NCBI GenBank assembly: GCA_035631095.1
Contig: DASQJK010000176.1
Coordinates: 1-30,869 of the forward strand
Source of the DNA: Thermoanaerobaculia bacterium
Lineage (GTDB): Bacteria; Acidobacteriota; Thermoanaerobaculia; UBA5066; Gp7-AA6
Direction of reading: 5' to 3'
Length of the DNA: 30,869 nucleotides
Within the stretch, counting starts at the first letter, position 1, and every line of letters starts with the position of its first letter. Positions 1 to 7,925 of this stretch are shown here, piece after piece. The notes below the pieces were generated by a model that saw only the letters and a program-made list of their open reading frames with translations, was not told where the DNA came from and did not search any database. A program made the translations under genes and the position numbers.

Positions 1-375
1 GCGGAAGTTGACCGGGCGGTTGGTCGCGCACACGACCCTTCTCGAGCCATCGGGCATGACGTTGTTGCGCGCGTAGTACAGGTCCCAGGCGACCGACCCG
101 GCCCTGCGGATGTACCCGACCGGCGGCTTGATCTTCATCAGCGTCTCCAGGAGCTTGTCCTGTCCGAACTCCTGAAGCGTGGTCAGAAGCATGTCCCGCT
201 CGGCGTCGGTCGACCAGCGGTTGATCGCGATCTCCACCACCGCGGAGCGCCCAGTCCCGAGGGAGACGGCGTACGCCTCGAACCTTTCGACCGCCTTGTC
301 CGCAGCCACGGCCAGGCTCGAAACCGAGAGAAGAGAAACGAATACGGCAACCAATGCGGGTCCGCGTCTGCGCAT
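1..375 (-). CDS. Secreted hypothetical protein; C-terminal part runs off the window start
   Basis: Not in the ORF track; translated by hand. ATG at 375 with AAGGAG 6 nt upstream. Reads MRRRGPALVAVFVSLLSVSSLAVAADKAVERFEAY...INRWSTDAERDMLL...WDLYYARNN... with no stop down to base 1, and has a signal-peptide-like N-terminus. Confidence 0.8.
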   Translation of the reverse strand, partial: MRRRGPALVAVFVSLLSVSSLAVAADKAVERFEAYAVSLGTGRSAVVEIAINRWSTDAERDMLLTTLQEFGQDKLLETLMKIKPPVGYIRRAGSVAWDLYYARNNVMPDGSRRVVCATNRPVNFR

Positions 376-402
376 GCGACGCTCCTTTCGGAAGGGCCGC
401 GA

Positions 403-417
403 GCAAGAGGCGAGCCG
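403..417 (-). promoter_or_regulatory. Weaker candidate sigma54 (-24/-12) promoter
   Basis: Minus strand CGGCTCGCCTCTTGC(TC): GG-N10-GC spacing and TTGC are correct, but the -24 half deviates from TGGCAC. Predicted start site near 391 leaves a short leader containing the SD. Confidence 0.4.
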
Positions 418-441
418 ACCGAGCCTTCCGCAGCGAGCGCC

Positions 442-897
442 TCAGCGTTTCCGGAGGGGGCCCATGTCGATGTAGCGCGGCTCGAAGGCGACGACCTTCC
501 AGCCGTCGGAATCGTTGCGCAGCTTCGCCGAATGATGGATGCCGGTGAACATCGCCCCGCCGATTGCCGACGTGATCCCGGGAGGGTCGAAGAAGATCGT
601 CTGGTGGACCTCGAGCTCCAGGTCCCCGGCGTCGGAGACCGTCTCCTTCTCGTACCGGTAACGCGTGCCGCGGAACGCCTCCATGGCCGATCCACTCTGG
701 AGGCCCCGCAGAGACGCATCCTGAAGTGCGTGCCGCGCGCACTCTTCGGTGCCGTACTTCCTGGCCTCCACCATGTTGCCGTGCGTCCAGGCTTCCGCGA
801 ACCCCTCGTACGCGGTGCGGGCACGCCATCTCGAAACGGAGCGCCAGCCGAAGAAGGCGACGCCCGCCACGACGGCGACGAGAACGATCTTCTTCAT
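442..897 (-). CDS. Hypothetical protein with N-terminal membrane anchor/signal (151 aa)
   Basis: ORF track; MKK plus hydrophobic stretch; ordinary protein-like composition, unlike the overlapping shadow ORFs. No family recognised. Confidence 0.75.
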   Translation of the reverse strand: MKKIVLVAVVAGVAFFGWRSVSRWRARTAYEGFAEAWTHGNMVEARKYGTEECARHALQDASLRGLQSGSAMEAFRGTRYRYEKETVSDAGDLELEVHQTIFFDPPGITSAIGGAMFTGIHHSAKLRNDSDGWKVVAFEPRYIDMGPLRKR

Positions 898-935
898 GGG
901 GAGCTGGCGGGAAGTCTAGATCAGCTCCCGACGTC

Positions 936-3389
936 TCAGTCGGTCCTGAGAGCCTCCAGCGGGTTCACCCGCGCGGCGCGGAAAGCCGGGATGGCGCTCG
1001 CCGCCGCCGCGATGGCGAGCAGAACGACCGTCACCGCCGCAAAGGTCCGCGGGTCGTGGGGGGCGACTCCATAGAGAAGTCCCGACATGAGGCGCGTCAG
1101 GAAGAAAGCCGCGATGAGTCCCGCGCCGATGCCGGTTCCCGCCCAGCCGAGGCCGCCGCGGAGGATCAGGGTCAGGACGCTTCGTCGCGTGGCGCCCAGC
1201 GCCATCCGGATCCCGATCTCCCGCCGGCGGCGGCTGACCAGGTAGGAGAGGACTCCTGAAATCCCCACCGCCGCGAGCACGAGCGCGAGAGCGGCGAAGA
1301 TCGACAACAGCGACGCGGTCAGCCGCGGAGAAGACATCGAGGCTCCCACGACCGCGCTCATCGAGCGAACGTCCGCGACCGGCAGGCCGCGGTCGATCCG
1401 TTTGACGGCGTCCCGGATCGGAGCGGCAAGCGCGAGCGGATCGCCATCCGTGCGCACGACGAGTGTCATGTCGCGCGGAGCGGTCCCGGCGGACAAGGCG
1501 AATTGCGCGTGTGGCACGTAGAACTTCTCCTTGATGGCCGCCGTGAGGCCGTTGTGCCGGACGTCCTTCATCACGCCGACGATCGTCATCCACGGACGCG
1601 CCGAAACCGCCGAGCCCATCCTCAGCCGCTTGCCGACGGGGTCTCCGCCGGGCCAGTACGTGCGGGCGAAGGTCTCGTTGACGAGCGCGACGGGAGCGCC
1701 CGACTCCGAGTCCGCGGCGGTGAAGGAGCGGCCGCGGACGATTTTTTCCCCGAGCGCCTCGACGGCCCCGTCGGAGACCACCTGCCAGTCTCCTCGCGCG
1801 TTCGTGCCCGGCGGCGGGACGTAACCCTCCACGGTCAGCCCTCTGGTTCCGATGGAGCTCGCGAGAGGCAGCGCGCGGACGATGCCGGCGGCTCGAACCC
1901 CCGGAAGCTCCCGCACGCGCTCGAGCACCGTTCGATAGAGACCGACGACATGGTCGGGCTTCGGATAACCCACCTCGTCGGGCCTGAGCCGGACGGTGAG
2001 CACGTGCGCAGGGTCGAAGCCGAGGTCGATCCGCGTCATCGCCTCGATGGTCCGAGCCATGAGCCCGGCGCCGAGCAGCAGAAGGACGGCGAATCCCATC
2101 TGGGCGCCCGCGAGGCTCCGACGCAGACGGTGTCCGCGCACGCCTCCCGAGCCGCCCGTGGCCGCGCCGTCCCGCAGCGACTCATTCAGGTCGAACCGCA
2201 GAGTGCGAAGAGCCGGAGCGAGGCCGAAGAGCAGAGTCGTGACGCCCGTGAGCACCGCCGTGAAGAACAGCATGCCGGGCTCGATCCCGATCCTCGACAG
2301 CGCCGGGAGTCCGGCGGAGCCACGTGCCGCGATGACGCGCACGCCCGCAGCGGCAAGCGCCAGCCCGAGGACCGCGCCGCCGCCGGCGAGGACGAGACTC
2401 TCCGTCAGGAGCTGCCGGACGAGCCGCCCCTTGCCCGCGCCGATCGCCGCCCGCACGGAAATCTCGCGCTGGCGCCCTTCCGCTCGGGCGAGAAGAAGGT
2501 TCGCCACGTTCGCGCACGCCATGACCATGAGGAATCCAACCGCCCCGAACACGAGGAGCAGCGAACGCCTCGCGCCGCCGCGGATCTCTTCTTCCACCGG
2601 GACGGCGAAGGCTTCGAACCGCATCGGCGCGCGATACACGCCCTGGCGCGTCAGGTTCGCCGTGACCGTCTTCAGCTCCGCCGTCGCTCTCGCCGCGGTG
2701 GCGCCGGACGCGAGCTTCGCGGCCGCATAGAAGTTGTGCCCGTCATGCGAGATCTGTTTCGGGTCGATCTGGAGCGGGATCCAGGCCTGGCCCGGCTCGG
2801 CTGCGTCGACCGTGAAGTCCGTCGGAAGCGCGAAGCCCTTCGGCATGATGCCGACGACCCGCCGGGAGATCCCGTCGAGCCGCACGACACGCCCGAGCAT
2901 CGCCGGATCTGCGCCGTAGCGGCTCTGCCAGAGGGTCCCCGACAGGACGACGACGGGCGCGCCTCCGGGCAGGTCTTCTTCGGCGGTGAAGCCGCGTCCC
3001 GCCAGCGGACGGGCGCCGAGCGTCTCGAAGGTGTTGGCGGTGACGCTCGCGATGCCGATCCGGACGGGGTCTCCCCCGTCGGAGAGGTTCGCGCGTCCGG
3101 AGTCCCAGGCGGCGACGCTCTGAAGGCTCGGGCACATCCGCCGGTAGTCGTAGACCTCGGCGTCCGCGACCCAGGTCTTGTCGAAATCCACCCAGCGGCT
3201 CCAGATCATCACGCGCCGCTCGGGCTGCGAATACGGAAGCGGCGAGAGCAGAACCGCGCGGACGACGGAAAAGATGGCAGTGGTCGCTCCCATGCCGAGG
3301 GCGAGAGTCACGATCGCGGCGACCGAGAAGCCGGGACTGCGACGCATGCTCCGAAACGCGTACCGGACGTCCTGAAAAAATGCTTCCAC
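936..3389 (-). CDS. ADOP-type duplicated ABC transporter permease (two MacB-periplasmic/FtsX-like halves, 817 aa)
   Basis: Starts with FFQDVRYAFRSMRRSPGF; has CANVANLLLARA..R.REI..R.AIGA.. GRLVRQLLTES and RRREIGIRMALGA; ends A..IPA.RAARVNPLEALRTD. Start moved to GTG 3389 because of GGAGG just upstream. Confidence 0.93.
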   Translation of the reverse strand: MEAFFQDVRYAFRSMRRSPGFSVAAIVTLALGMGATTAIFSVVRAVLLSPLPYSQPERRVMIWSRWVDFDKTWVADAEVYDYRRMCPSLQSVAAWDSGRANLSDGGDPVRIGIASVTANTFETLGARPLAGRGFTAEEDLPGGAPVVVLSGTLWQSRYGADPAMLGRVVRLDGISRRVVGIMPKGFALPTDFTVDAAEPGQAWIPLQIDPKQISHDGHNFYAAAKLASGATAARATAELKTVTANLTRQGVYRAPMRFEAFAVPVEEEIRGGARRSLLLVFGAVGFLMVMACANVANLLLARAEGRQREISVRAAIGAGKGRLVRQLLTESLVLAGGGAVLGLALAAAGVRVIAARGSAGLPALSRIGIEPGMLFFTAVLTGVTTLLFGLAPALRTLRFDLNESLRDGAATGGSGGVRGHRLRRSLAGAQMGFAVLLLLGAGLMARTIEAMTRIDLGFDPAHVLTVRLRPDEVGYPKPDHVVGLYRTVLERVRELPGVRAAGIVRALPLASSIGTRGLTVEGYVPPPGTNARGDWQVVSDGAVEALGEKIVRGRSFTAADSESGAPVALVNETFARTYWPGGDPVGKRLRMGSAVSARPWMTIVGVMKDVRHNGLTAAIKEKFYVPHAQFALSAGTAPRDMTLVVRTDGDPLALAAPIRDAVKRIDRGLPVADVRSMSAVVGASMSSPRLTASLLSIFAALALVLAAVGISGVLSYLVSRRRREIGIRMALGATRRSVLTLILRGGLGWAGTGIGAGLIAAFFLTRLMSGLLYGVAPHDPRTFAAVTVVLLAIAAAASAIPAFRAARVNPLEALRTD

Positions 3390-3418
3390 GGCGCCTCCAG
3401 AGAGGTTTTGAAACGGGA

Positions 3419-3443
3419 TACGCCGGAAGAAGCAGGAAGTTCG
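3419..3443 (-). promoter_or_regulatory. Candidate ECF-sigma-type promoter for the ADOP permease
   Basis: Minus strand CGAAC-TTCCTGCTTCTTCCGG(16 nt)-CGTA, matching the general AAC-N16-CGT pattern of ECF promoters, about 30 nt upstream of the GTG. Confidence 0.35.
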
Positions 3444-3463
3444 CCTCTGGAGCGGCGAGCACG

Positions 3464-3502
3464 CCCCCTCACCCAACGTCTCCCTCGCTCGCGCGGGAGA
3501 GG
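3464..3502. repeat. REP-like palindromic intergenic element, copy 1
   Basis: CCCCCTCACCCAACGTCTCCCTCGCTCGCGCGGGAGAGG; shares CCCCCTCACCC...TCTCCC...GGGAGAGG with 14020-14057. Confidence 0.7.
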
Positions 3503-3539
3503 AGAAGGCACTGGAGTTCGCCTCGGTGGCACAAGTGCT

Positions 3540-3588
3540 CGCCGCGTGAGGAGTCTCCCGACGAAGGAGGGAGGAGCCTCACGCGGCG
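3540..3588. repeat. Perfect 12-bp inverted repeat (hairpin)
   Basis: CGCCGCGTGAGG (3540-3551) and CCTCACGCGGCG (3577-3588), with a 25-nt spacer. Confidence 0.7.
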
Positions 3589-3693
3589 GTCGCCGGAGCG
3601 GAACGAGAGGTCAGGCGCACGGTCGAGCGCGCATCCGCGCGAGCCGGGCGCCGGTGCCGCGCAGCGGCAGACCCCTCGTTTCGCTCCGGCGAC
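3589..3693. repeat. 24-bp inverted repeat (22/24 matches) enclosing smaller hairpins
   Basis: GTCGCCGGAGCGGAACGAGAGGTC (3589-3612) vs GACCCCTCGTTTCGCTCCGGCGAC (3670-3693). Confidence 0.75.
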
Positions 3694-3894
3694 GGAATGA
3701 GGCTCCGCTGATGCGGAGATTTTGGCGGGATCGGTTTTGGTGGGAGCGACTCTGTCTTCTATTACGTTGCGAGCCATCCATCCGTTTCAACGAAACCGGA
3801 TTTTCCTGTTTTCTTTCCGGGCGCGGATCGGGAATGCCGAACCCCGTCGCGGTGTTTCCGCTCGAAGTTCGGCACTTCCTCACCAGCGCGCTGC

Positions 3895-4035
3895 TCAGTA
3901 CGGACCTCCCGGTGTCGGCGTCGGCCCGGTACCCGGCATGTTCGCCGGAGCGGTCGGCGATTTGTACGAGTTCCCGCACGCCGTGTAAGTCAACGCCGCC
4001 ATTACGAGCAACACGATCCCCACGAGCTTCTTCAT
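3895..4035 (-). CDS. Small predicted lipoprotein (46 aa)
   Basis: MKKLVGIVLLVMAALTYTAC-GNSYKSPTAPANMPGTGPTPTPGGPY. AGGAGG 5 nt before the ATG; basic N-terminus, hydrophobic core, lipobox-like TAC. Confidence 0.8.
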   Translation of the reverse strand: MKKLVGIVLLVMAALTYTACGNSYKSPTAPANMPGTGPTPTPGGPY

Positions 4036-4119
4036 GGAAACCTCCTGACTGCTCCCTGGCCGGGAGCGGGCACTTGCGCCGCGCGGCCGTGGGGCTCTCC
4101 GCGACGCCCTGATTCCCGA

Positions 4120-4134
4120 GCAATCGCACTGCCA
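4120..4134 (-). promoter_or_regulatory. sigma54 (-24/-12) promoter candidate for the small lipoprotein
   Basis: Minus strand TGGCAG-TGCGA-TTGC(TC); one mismatch to TGGCAC-N5-TTGC; intergenic and correctly oriented. Confidence 0.65.
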
Positions 4135-4246
4135 TCGGAGGGAACGGGCCCGCCGCAGCAGGCAAACCTCCAGCGCATGACACTGCACGCGAACGGCTTT
4201 CGCGTTCCTTAAGGAGACCTCAGCGGCTTCCCTTTCCGCCCGCCGC

Positions 4247-4252
4247 TAGAAT
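4247..4252 (+). promoter_or_regulatory. -10 box (TAGAAT) 8 nt before an SD-less GTG; probable leaderless transcript
   Basis: TAGAAT-CCCCCCGA-GTG(4261). Confidence 0.55.
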
Positions 4253-4260
4253 CCCCCCGA

Positions 4261-5778
4261 GTGCTCCCCGCCATTTCCGTGATCGCGCCGGCCAGCGGGG
4301 CCGCGCTCGGCGATGTCCCGGACGAAGGGGCGGCCGGCGCGGCGGCCGCAGTCGCGAAAGCGCGCGCGACGGCCGGAATATGGGCGTCACGGCCGGTGCG
4401 CGACCGGGTGCGTGCTTTGAAGAGCTGGCGCGATGCGGTGCTCGACTGCGCGCCGCGCGTCGTCGAGACCCTCTCCGCCGAAAGCGGGAAGCCGAAACAC
4501 GAGGCGGAGGCGCTCGAGCTCGTCTACTTCTGCGAGCTGATTCGTTTCGCCTCCCGCGCGGCCCCGCGCGCGATCGCGGAAGAGGTCCGGCGCCCGTTCC
4601 TCTTCATGACCAAGAAAACGCGGGTCATCCGGAAGCCGCTCGGCGTCGTCGGCGTGATCGGCCCGTGGAATTTTCCGATCCTGAACAACGCGGCGGACTG
4701 TGTCGCGCCGCTTCTCGCCGGCAACGCCGTCGTGCTGAAGCCCTCGGAGGTGACGCCCCTGTCGTCTCTGCTCCTCCGCGACCTGTGGCTCGAAGCCGGG
4801 AATCCCGCGGACGTCTTTTCCGTCGTGACGGGGCGCTCCGAAGCGGGGGCGGCGCTCGTCGAGAACGTCGACGGGATCATGTTCACGGGCTCCGTCGCCA
4901 CGGGCCGCAAGGTCGCGGCCACAGCGGGCGCGCGGCTGATTCCATGCGTGACGGAGCTCGGCGGGAAGTCGCCCCTCGTCGTGCTCGCAGGCGCCGACCT
5001 CGCGCGAGCGGCGGATGCGGCCGCCTGGTCGAGCTTCATCCACAGCGGGCAGGTCTGCGTGCGCACCGAGCGGATCTATGTCGAGGAATCAGTGGCCGAT
5101 CGTTTCGAGAGCCTCCTCGTAGACCGCGTGCGGGCGCTGCGATCGACCGGCACGGGCCCTCTCGACCTTGGCGCCGTGACCATCGAGCATCAGATCGACG
5201 TCGTCGAGCGCCAGATCGCTGACGCAACCGCGAGGGGCGCGCGGGTTGCGACAGGCGGATCGAGGAGCACCGGAACCGGGGGACGCTTCTTTCCTCCGAC
5301 GGTCCTCCTCGGCGCGAATCATGAGATGGCGGTGATGCGGGAAGAGACGTTCGGACCGCTCGTCCCCGTCATGCGGGTGAAAAACGCGAAAGAGGCTCTC
5401 CGATTGGCCAACGATTCGCATCTCGGTCTGAACGCGAGTGTGTTCGGCCCGCGCCGCGAAGCGATCGACTTCGCGAGACGGCTCGACTCGGGCCAGGCGA
5501 TCGTCAACGACGTGCTCGTGAATTACTTCGTCGTCGAGTCGCCGCTCGGAGGCTGGAAATCGAGCGGTCTCGGAGTGCGCCACGGCATCGAGAGCCTGCG
5601 GCAGTGGACACGCATCGAGGCGATTACGGTCGGCCGCAGGTGGTTCGGGCCCGCCGAGCGGCTCGTCGCGAAAAAGCTCGCCTTCCCCTACGACGCCGCG
5701 TTCCTCGGACTCGTTCGCCGGGTGACGCGACTGCTCTATCGCCGCGGGCTGGCGGCGAAGGTGCGGCGCGCGAAGTGA
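4261..5778 (+). CDS. NAD(P)-dependent aldehyde dehydrogenase family protein (505 aa)
   Basis: GVVGVIGPWNFP, FTGSVATG, ELGGKSP (catalytic Glu), SGQVC (catalytic Cys), EETFGP, PLGGWKSSG. Confidence 0.93.
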   Translation: MLPAISVIAPASGAALGDVPDEGAAGAAAAVAKARATAGIWASRPVRDRVRALKSWRDAVLDCAPRVVETLSAESGKPKHEAEALELVYFCELIRFASRAAPRAIAEEVRRPFLFMTKKTRVIRKPLGVVGVIGPWNFPILNNAADCVAPLLAGNAVVLKPSEVTPLSSLLLRDLWLEAGNPADVFSVVTGRSEAGAALVENVDGIMFTGSVATGRKVAATAGARLIPCVTELGGKSPLVVLAGADLARAADAAAWSSFIHSGQVCVRTERIYVEESVADRFESLLVDRVRALRSTGTGPLDLGAVTIEHQIDVVERQIADATARGARVATGGSRSTGTGGRFFPPTVLLGANHEMAVMREETFGPLVPVMRVKNAKEALRLANDSHLGLNASVFGPRREAIDFARRLDSGQAIVNDVLVNYFVVESPLGGWKSSGLGVRHGIESLRQWTRIEAITVGRRWFGPAERLVAKKLAFPYDAAFLGLVRRVTRLLYRRGLAAKVRRAK

Positions 5779-6296
5779 CCCCGCCCATCCTCGTGGCTCG
5801 GATCGAAAGCCCTCTTGGGCCGCTCACCGCGGCTGCGACCCGCGACGGGATCTGCATGCTCGAGTTCACCGGACCGAAGAGGCTCCCCTTGCAGCTCGCC
5901 GCGCTCCGCCGCCGCTTCCGCGCCGAGGTCGCGTCGGGCCGCAACCGCCACATCGGCCGCCTCGAGCACCAGCTCGCGGAATATTTCGCGGGCCGCCGGC
6001 GCCGGTTCGACCTTCCGTTGGTGATACCGGGCACGCCGTTCCAGCTTCGCGTCTGGCGCGCGCTCGCTCGAATCCCGTACGGCGAGACCCGGACGTACGG
6101 TGACCTCGCGCGAAGACTCGGCGTCCCTTCCGCGACACGCGCCGTCGGTCACGCGAACGGATCGAACCCGATATCGATCCTGCTGCCGTGCCATCGCCTG
6201 ATCGGATCCGGCGGCGATCTCACGGGGTACGGCGGCGGCCTGTGGCGCAAACGCCGGCTCCTCGAGCTCGAAAGCGGCGGCAGCCGCGAGGCGTAA
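5775..6296 (+). CDS. ogt: Methylated-DNA--protein-cysteine S-methyltransferase (173 aa)
   Basis: GTPFQLRVWRALARIPYGETRTYG, RAVG.ANG.NP, active-site PCHR, GYGGGL.RK. The GTG start overlaps the ALDH stop (GTGA). Confidence 0.93.
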   Translation: MTPPILVARIESPLGPLTAAATRDGICMLEFTGPKRLPLQLAALRRRFRAEVASGRNRHIGRLEHQLAEYFAGRRRRFDLPLVIPGTPFQLRVWRALARIPYGETRTYGDLARRLGVPSATRAVGHANGSNPISILLPCHRLIGSGGDLTGYGGGLWRKRRLLELESGGSREA

Positions 6297-6322
6297 GTCG
6301 GAGCGAGATCTCTCCACCCTTC

Positions 6323-6337
6323 TGGCACATCGATTGC
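6323..6337 (+). promoter_or_regulatory. sigma54 (-24/-12) promoter
   Basis: TGGCAC-ATCGA-TTGC(TC), a perfect consensus. Predicted start site near 6349, just before GGAGG (6351-6355) and ATG 6360. Confidence 0.75.
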
Positions 6338-6359
6338 TCCCTCACGCTTCGGAGGAAAT

Positions 6360-6851
6360 ATGTCTACAAAGTTGATCAAAAGAACACTCCTGGGAGCGGT
6401 GCTGGCCGGCGGCGTCGCAGCGATGGCTCCGGCTCAGATTCCGCTGCCACCTCTTCCGCCAGGCTTGAACGTCCGGATCACGACCGGGAGACCGCCCGCG
6501 CCGCGCCGCGAGGTCCGTGTCGCGAGGCCGGGTCCCGATTACGTCTGGGTCGCCGGCTACTGGGCTGACGACGGCGGACGATGGACCTGGATTCCGGGCC
6601 GCTGGGAACGCCCCGTCGAGCCGCAGGCTTACTGGATCCCGGCGCGTTACATCCGCACCAGCCACGGAACGATTTACGAGCCGGCTCACTGGTCGAACCA
6701 GCAGGTCATCGTCGACGACGAAGTCGCCCGGCGGCGCGAGTGGCGGGAGCATGAGCGGATGCACCGGCGCGAGCTCGAGCGAGAGCGCAACCGCGACTAT
6801 TACAGGGACCGGGACGACCGCGACCGCGATCACGATCGCGACCATCGCTGA
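6360..6851 (+). CDS. Secreted YXWGXW/WXXGXW-repeat protein (163 aa) with Arg/Asp-rich tail
   Basis: GGAGG SD; signal peptide ending AMAPA; RPGPDYVWVAGYW..GRWTWIPGRW..AYWIPARY repeats. Confidence 0.88.
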   Translation: MSTKLIKRTLLGAVLAGGVAAMAPAQIPLPPLPPGLNVRITTGRPPAPRREVRVARPGPDYVWVAGYWADDGGRWTWIPGRWERPVEPQAYWIPARYIRTSHGTIYEPAHWSNQQVIVDDEVARRREWREHERMHRRELERERNRDYYRDRDDRDRDHDRDHR

Positions 6852-6870
6852 TCGCTTTTCCGGCATCGAC

Positions 6871-6901
6871 AAAGGGCGGGGATGTCCCCGCCCTTTTTTT
6901 T
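6871..6901 (+). terminator. Intrinsic terminator
   Basis: GGGCGGGG-ATGT-CCCCGCCC stem followed by 8 T, 20 nt after the 6851 stop. Confidence 0.88.
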
Positions 6902-6925
6902 GCGCCCGCCGGGCGGCGTCCGGCA

Positions 6926-6931
6926 TAGGCT
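6926..6931 (+). promoter_or_regulatory. -10 box (TAGGCT) 6 nt before an SD-less ATG; probable leaderless transcript
   Basis: TAGGCT-TCGCGG-ATG(6938), just downstream of a strong terminator, so a new promoter is needed here. Confidence 0.6.
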
Positions 6932-6937
6932 TCGCGG

Positions 6938-7387
6938 ATGCCGAACCTGTTCGATCCCGCCGCCCGCGAGGCTCTCCTCACGAGGCTCTCCCAGCTTCAA
7001 CCCGGGGCGCCCCGCCAGTGGGGGAAGATGGGCGTCGCGCAGATGCTCGCCCACTGCTCCGTCGCCATGGAGGCGGCCACGGGGGATCGTCCCCGAAAGC
7101 AGATGCTGATCGGTAAGGCGATCTCCTGGATGGTGCGCTCGAAGGTGCTCGGGGATGAGCCTTTCTCGAAGAATTCGCCGACCGATCCCACGTTCATCGT
7201 GAAAGACGAGAAGGACTTCGAAACCGAGAGGCGCCGCCTGGCAGACCTCGTTTCGCGGTTCTGCGAGGCGGGCCGGGAAAACGCCTCGCGCTACACCCAC
7301 TCGTTTCTCGGCAGGATGAGCGGAGACGACTGGGGAGTGATGATGTACAAGCACATCGACCACCATCTGAAGCAGTTCAACGCGTAG
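6938..7387 (+). CDS. DUF1569-type protein (DinB/YfiT-like superfamily, 149 aa)
   Basis: RLSQLQPGAPRQWGKMGVAQMLAHC...H.FLGRMS.DDWG.MMYKHIDHHLKQF pattern. Confidence 0.85.
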   Translation: MPNLFDPAAREALLTRLSQLQPGAPRQWGKMGVAQMLAHCSVAMEAATGDRPRKQMLIGKAISWMVRSKVLGDEPFSKNSPTDPTFIVKDEKDFETERRRLADLVSRFCEAGRENASRYTHSFLGRMSGDDWGVMMYKHIDHHLKQFNA

Positions 7388-7388
7388 A

Positions 7389-7925
7389 GTGACCGCGAAA
7401 ATGAGCGACGCCCAGACGGTCGAGGATTACATCGCCGGCCTGCCGGACGACCGGCGCCCCATGATCTCGAAGCTGCGCTCGATCCTGAAACGGCGGGTTC
7501 CGCCCGGTTACCACGAGTCGATGATGTGGGGTGCCATCACGTACGCGATTCCGCTCGACCGTTTTCCCGAAACTTACAACGGCCAGCCGCTCTGCTACGT
7601 GGCCCTCGCATCCCAGAAGAACTACTGCTCGCTGTACCTCATGTCCGCGTACGCAAATCCGGCGGAGCGGCGCGAGCTCGAGGCCGGATTCCGCAAGGCC
7701 GGCAAGAAGCTCGACATGGGCAAGTCGTGCGTCCGTTTCCGCTCTCTCGACGACCTGCCCCTCGACGCCATCGGGGACCTCATCGAGAAGGTCCCGCCGG
7801 AGAAGTACATCGCCTGGTACGAAAAATCGAGGAAGACGACCGCGGCCGAATCCGCCAAGAGAAAGGCGGGAAAGGCCGCAAAGACGAGGGCGGCCGCGGC
7901 CGCCCGGGACAAGGAGAAAGCATGA
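7389..7925 (+). CDS. DUF1801 (YdhG-like) domain protein with Lys/Ala-rich tail; start may be ATG 7401
   Basis: VEDYIAGLP..R..., MMWGAITY.IP, LASQKNY.SLYLM, KLDMGKSCVRFR.LDDLPLD. Confidence 0.85.
   Translation: MTAKMSDAQTVEDYIAGLPDDRRPMISKLRSILKRRVPPGYHESMMWGAITYAIPLDRFPETYNGQPLCYVALASQKNYCSLYLMSAYANPAERRELEAGFRKAGKKLDMGKSCVRFRSLDDLPLDAIGDLIEKVPPEKYIAWYEKSRKTTAAESAKRKAGKAAKTRAAAAARDKEKA

Noticed and set aside
936-3389. ABC permease without an ATPase gene
   Set aside because: Orphan status is the defining, known feature of ADOP permeases.
3390-3476. 29-codon N-terminal extension of the ADOP permease in the ORF track
   Set aside because: It starts inside the REP-like element. The family-typical start (xxxFFQDVRYA) with a GGAGG SD is at 3389.
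3527-3540. TGGCACAAGTGC as a sigma54 promoter
   Set aside because: GG-to-GC spacing is 7 nt rather than the strictly required 10, and no gene follows.
3469-3988. ORFs 3469-3777 (minus) and 3722-3988 (plus) in the intergenic gap
   Set aside because: No SD or recognisable motif; they run through palindromic repeats or antisense to the lipoprotein gene.
1503-4112. 869-aa plus-strand ORF, and similar long ORFs such as 14696-16588, 22201-24279, 24279-25913, 25247-26983 and 19277-20707
   Set aside because: Antisense or off-frame shadows of well-supported genes. They are Arg/Gly/Ala-rich, lack motifs, and are expected in very GC-rich DNA with few stop codons.
4161-4168. GGCAAACC as a c-di-GMP-I riboswitch core
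   Set aside because: The downstream GNRA stem and GGGACGCAAAG-like segment are absent, and it is antisense to the nearest downstream gene.
4173-4188. GCGCA-TGACAC-TGCAC near-palindrome as an enhancer for the 4120 sigma54 promoter
   Set aside because: Only about 40 bp from the promoter, imperfect, and not found by eye near the other sigma54 sites; too weak to call.
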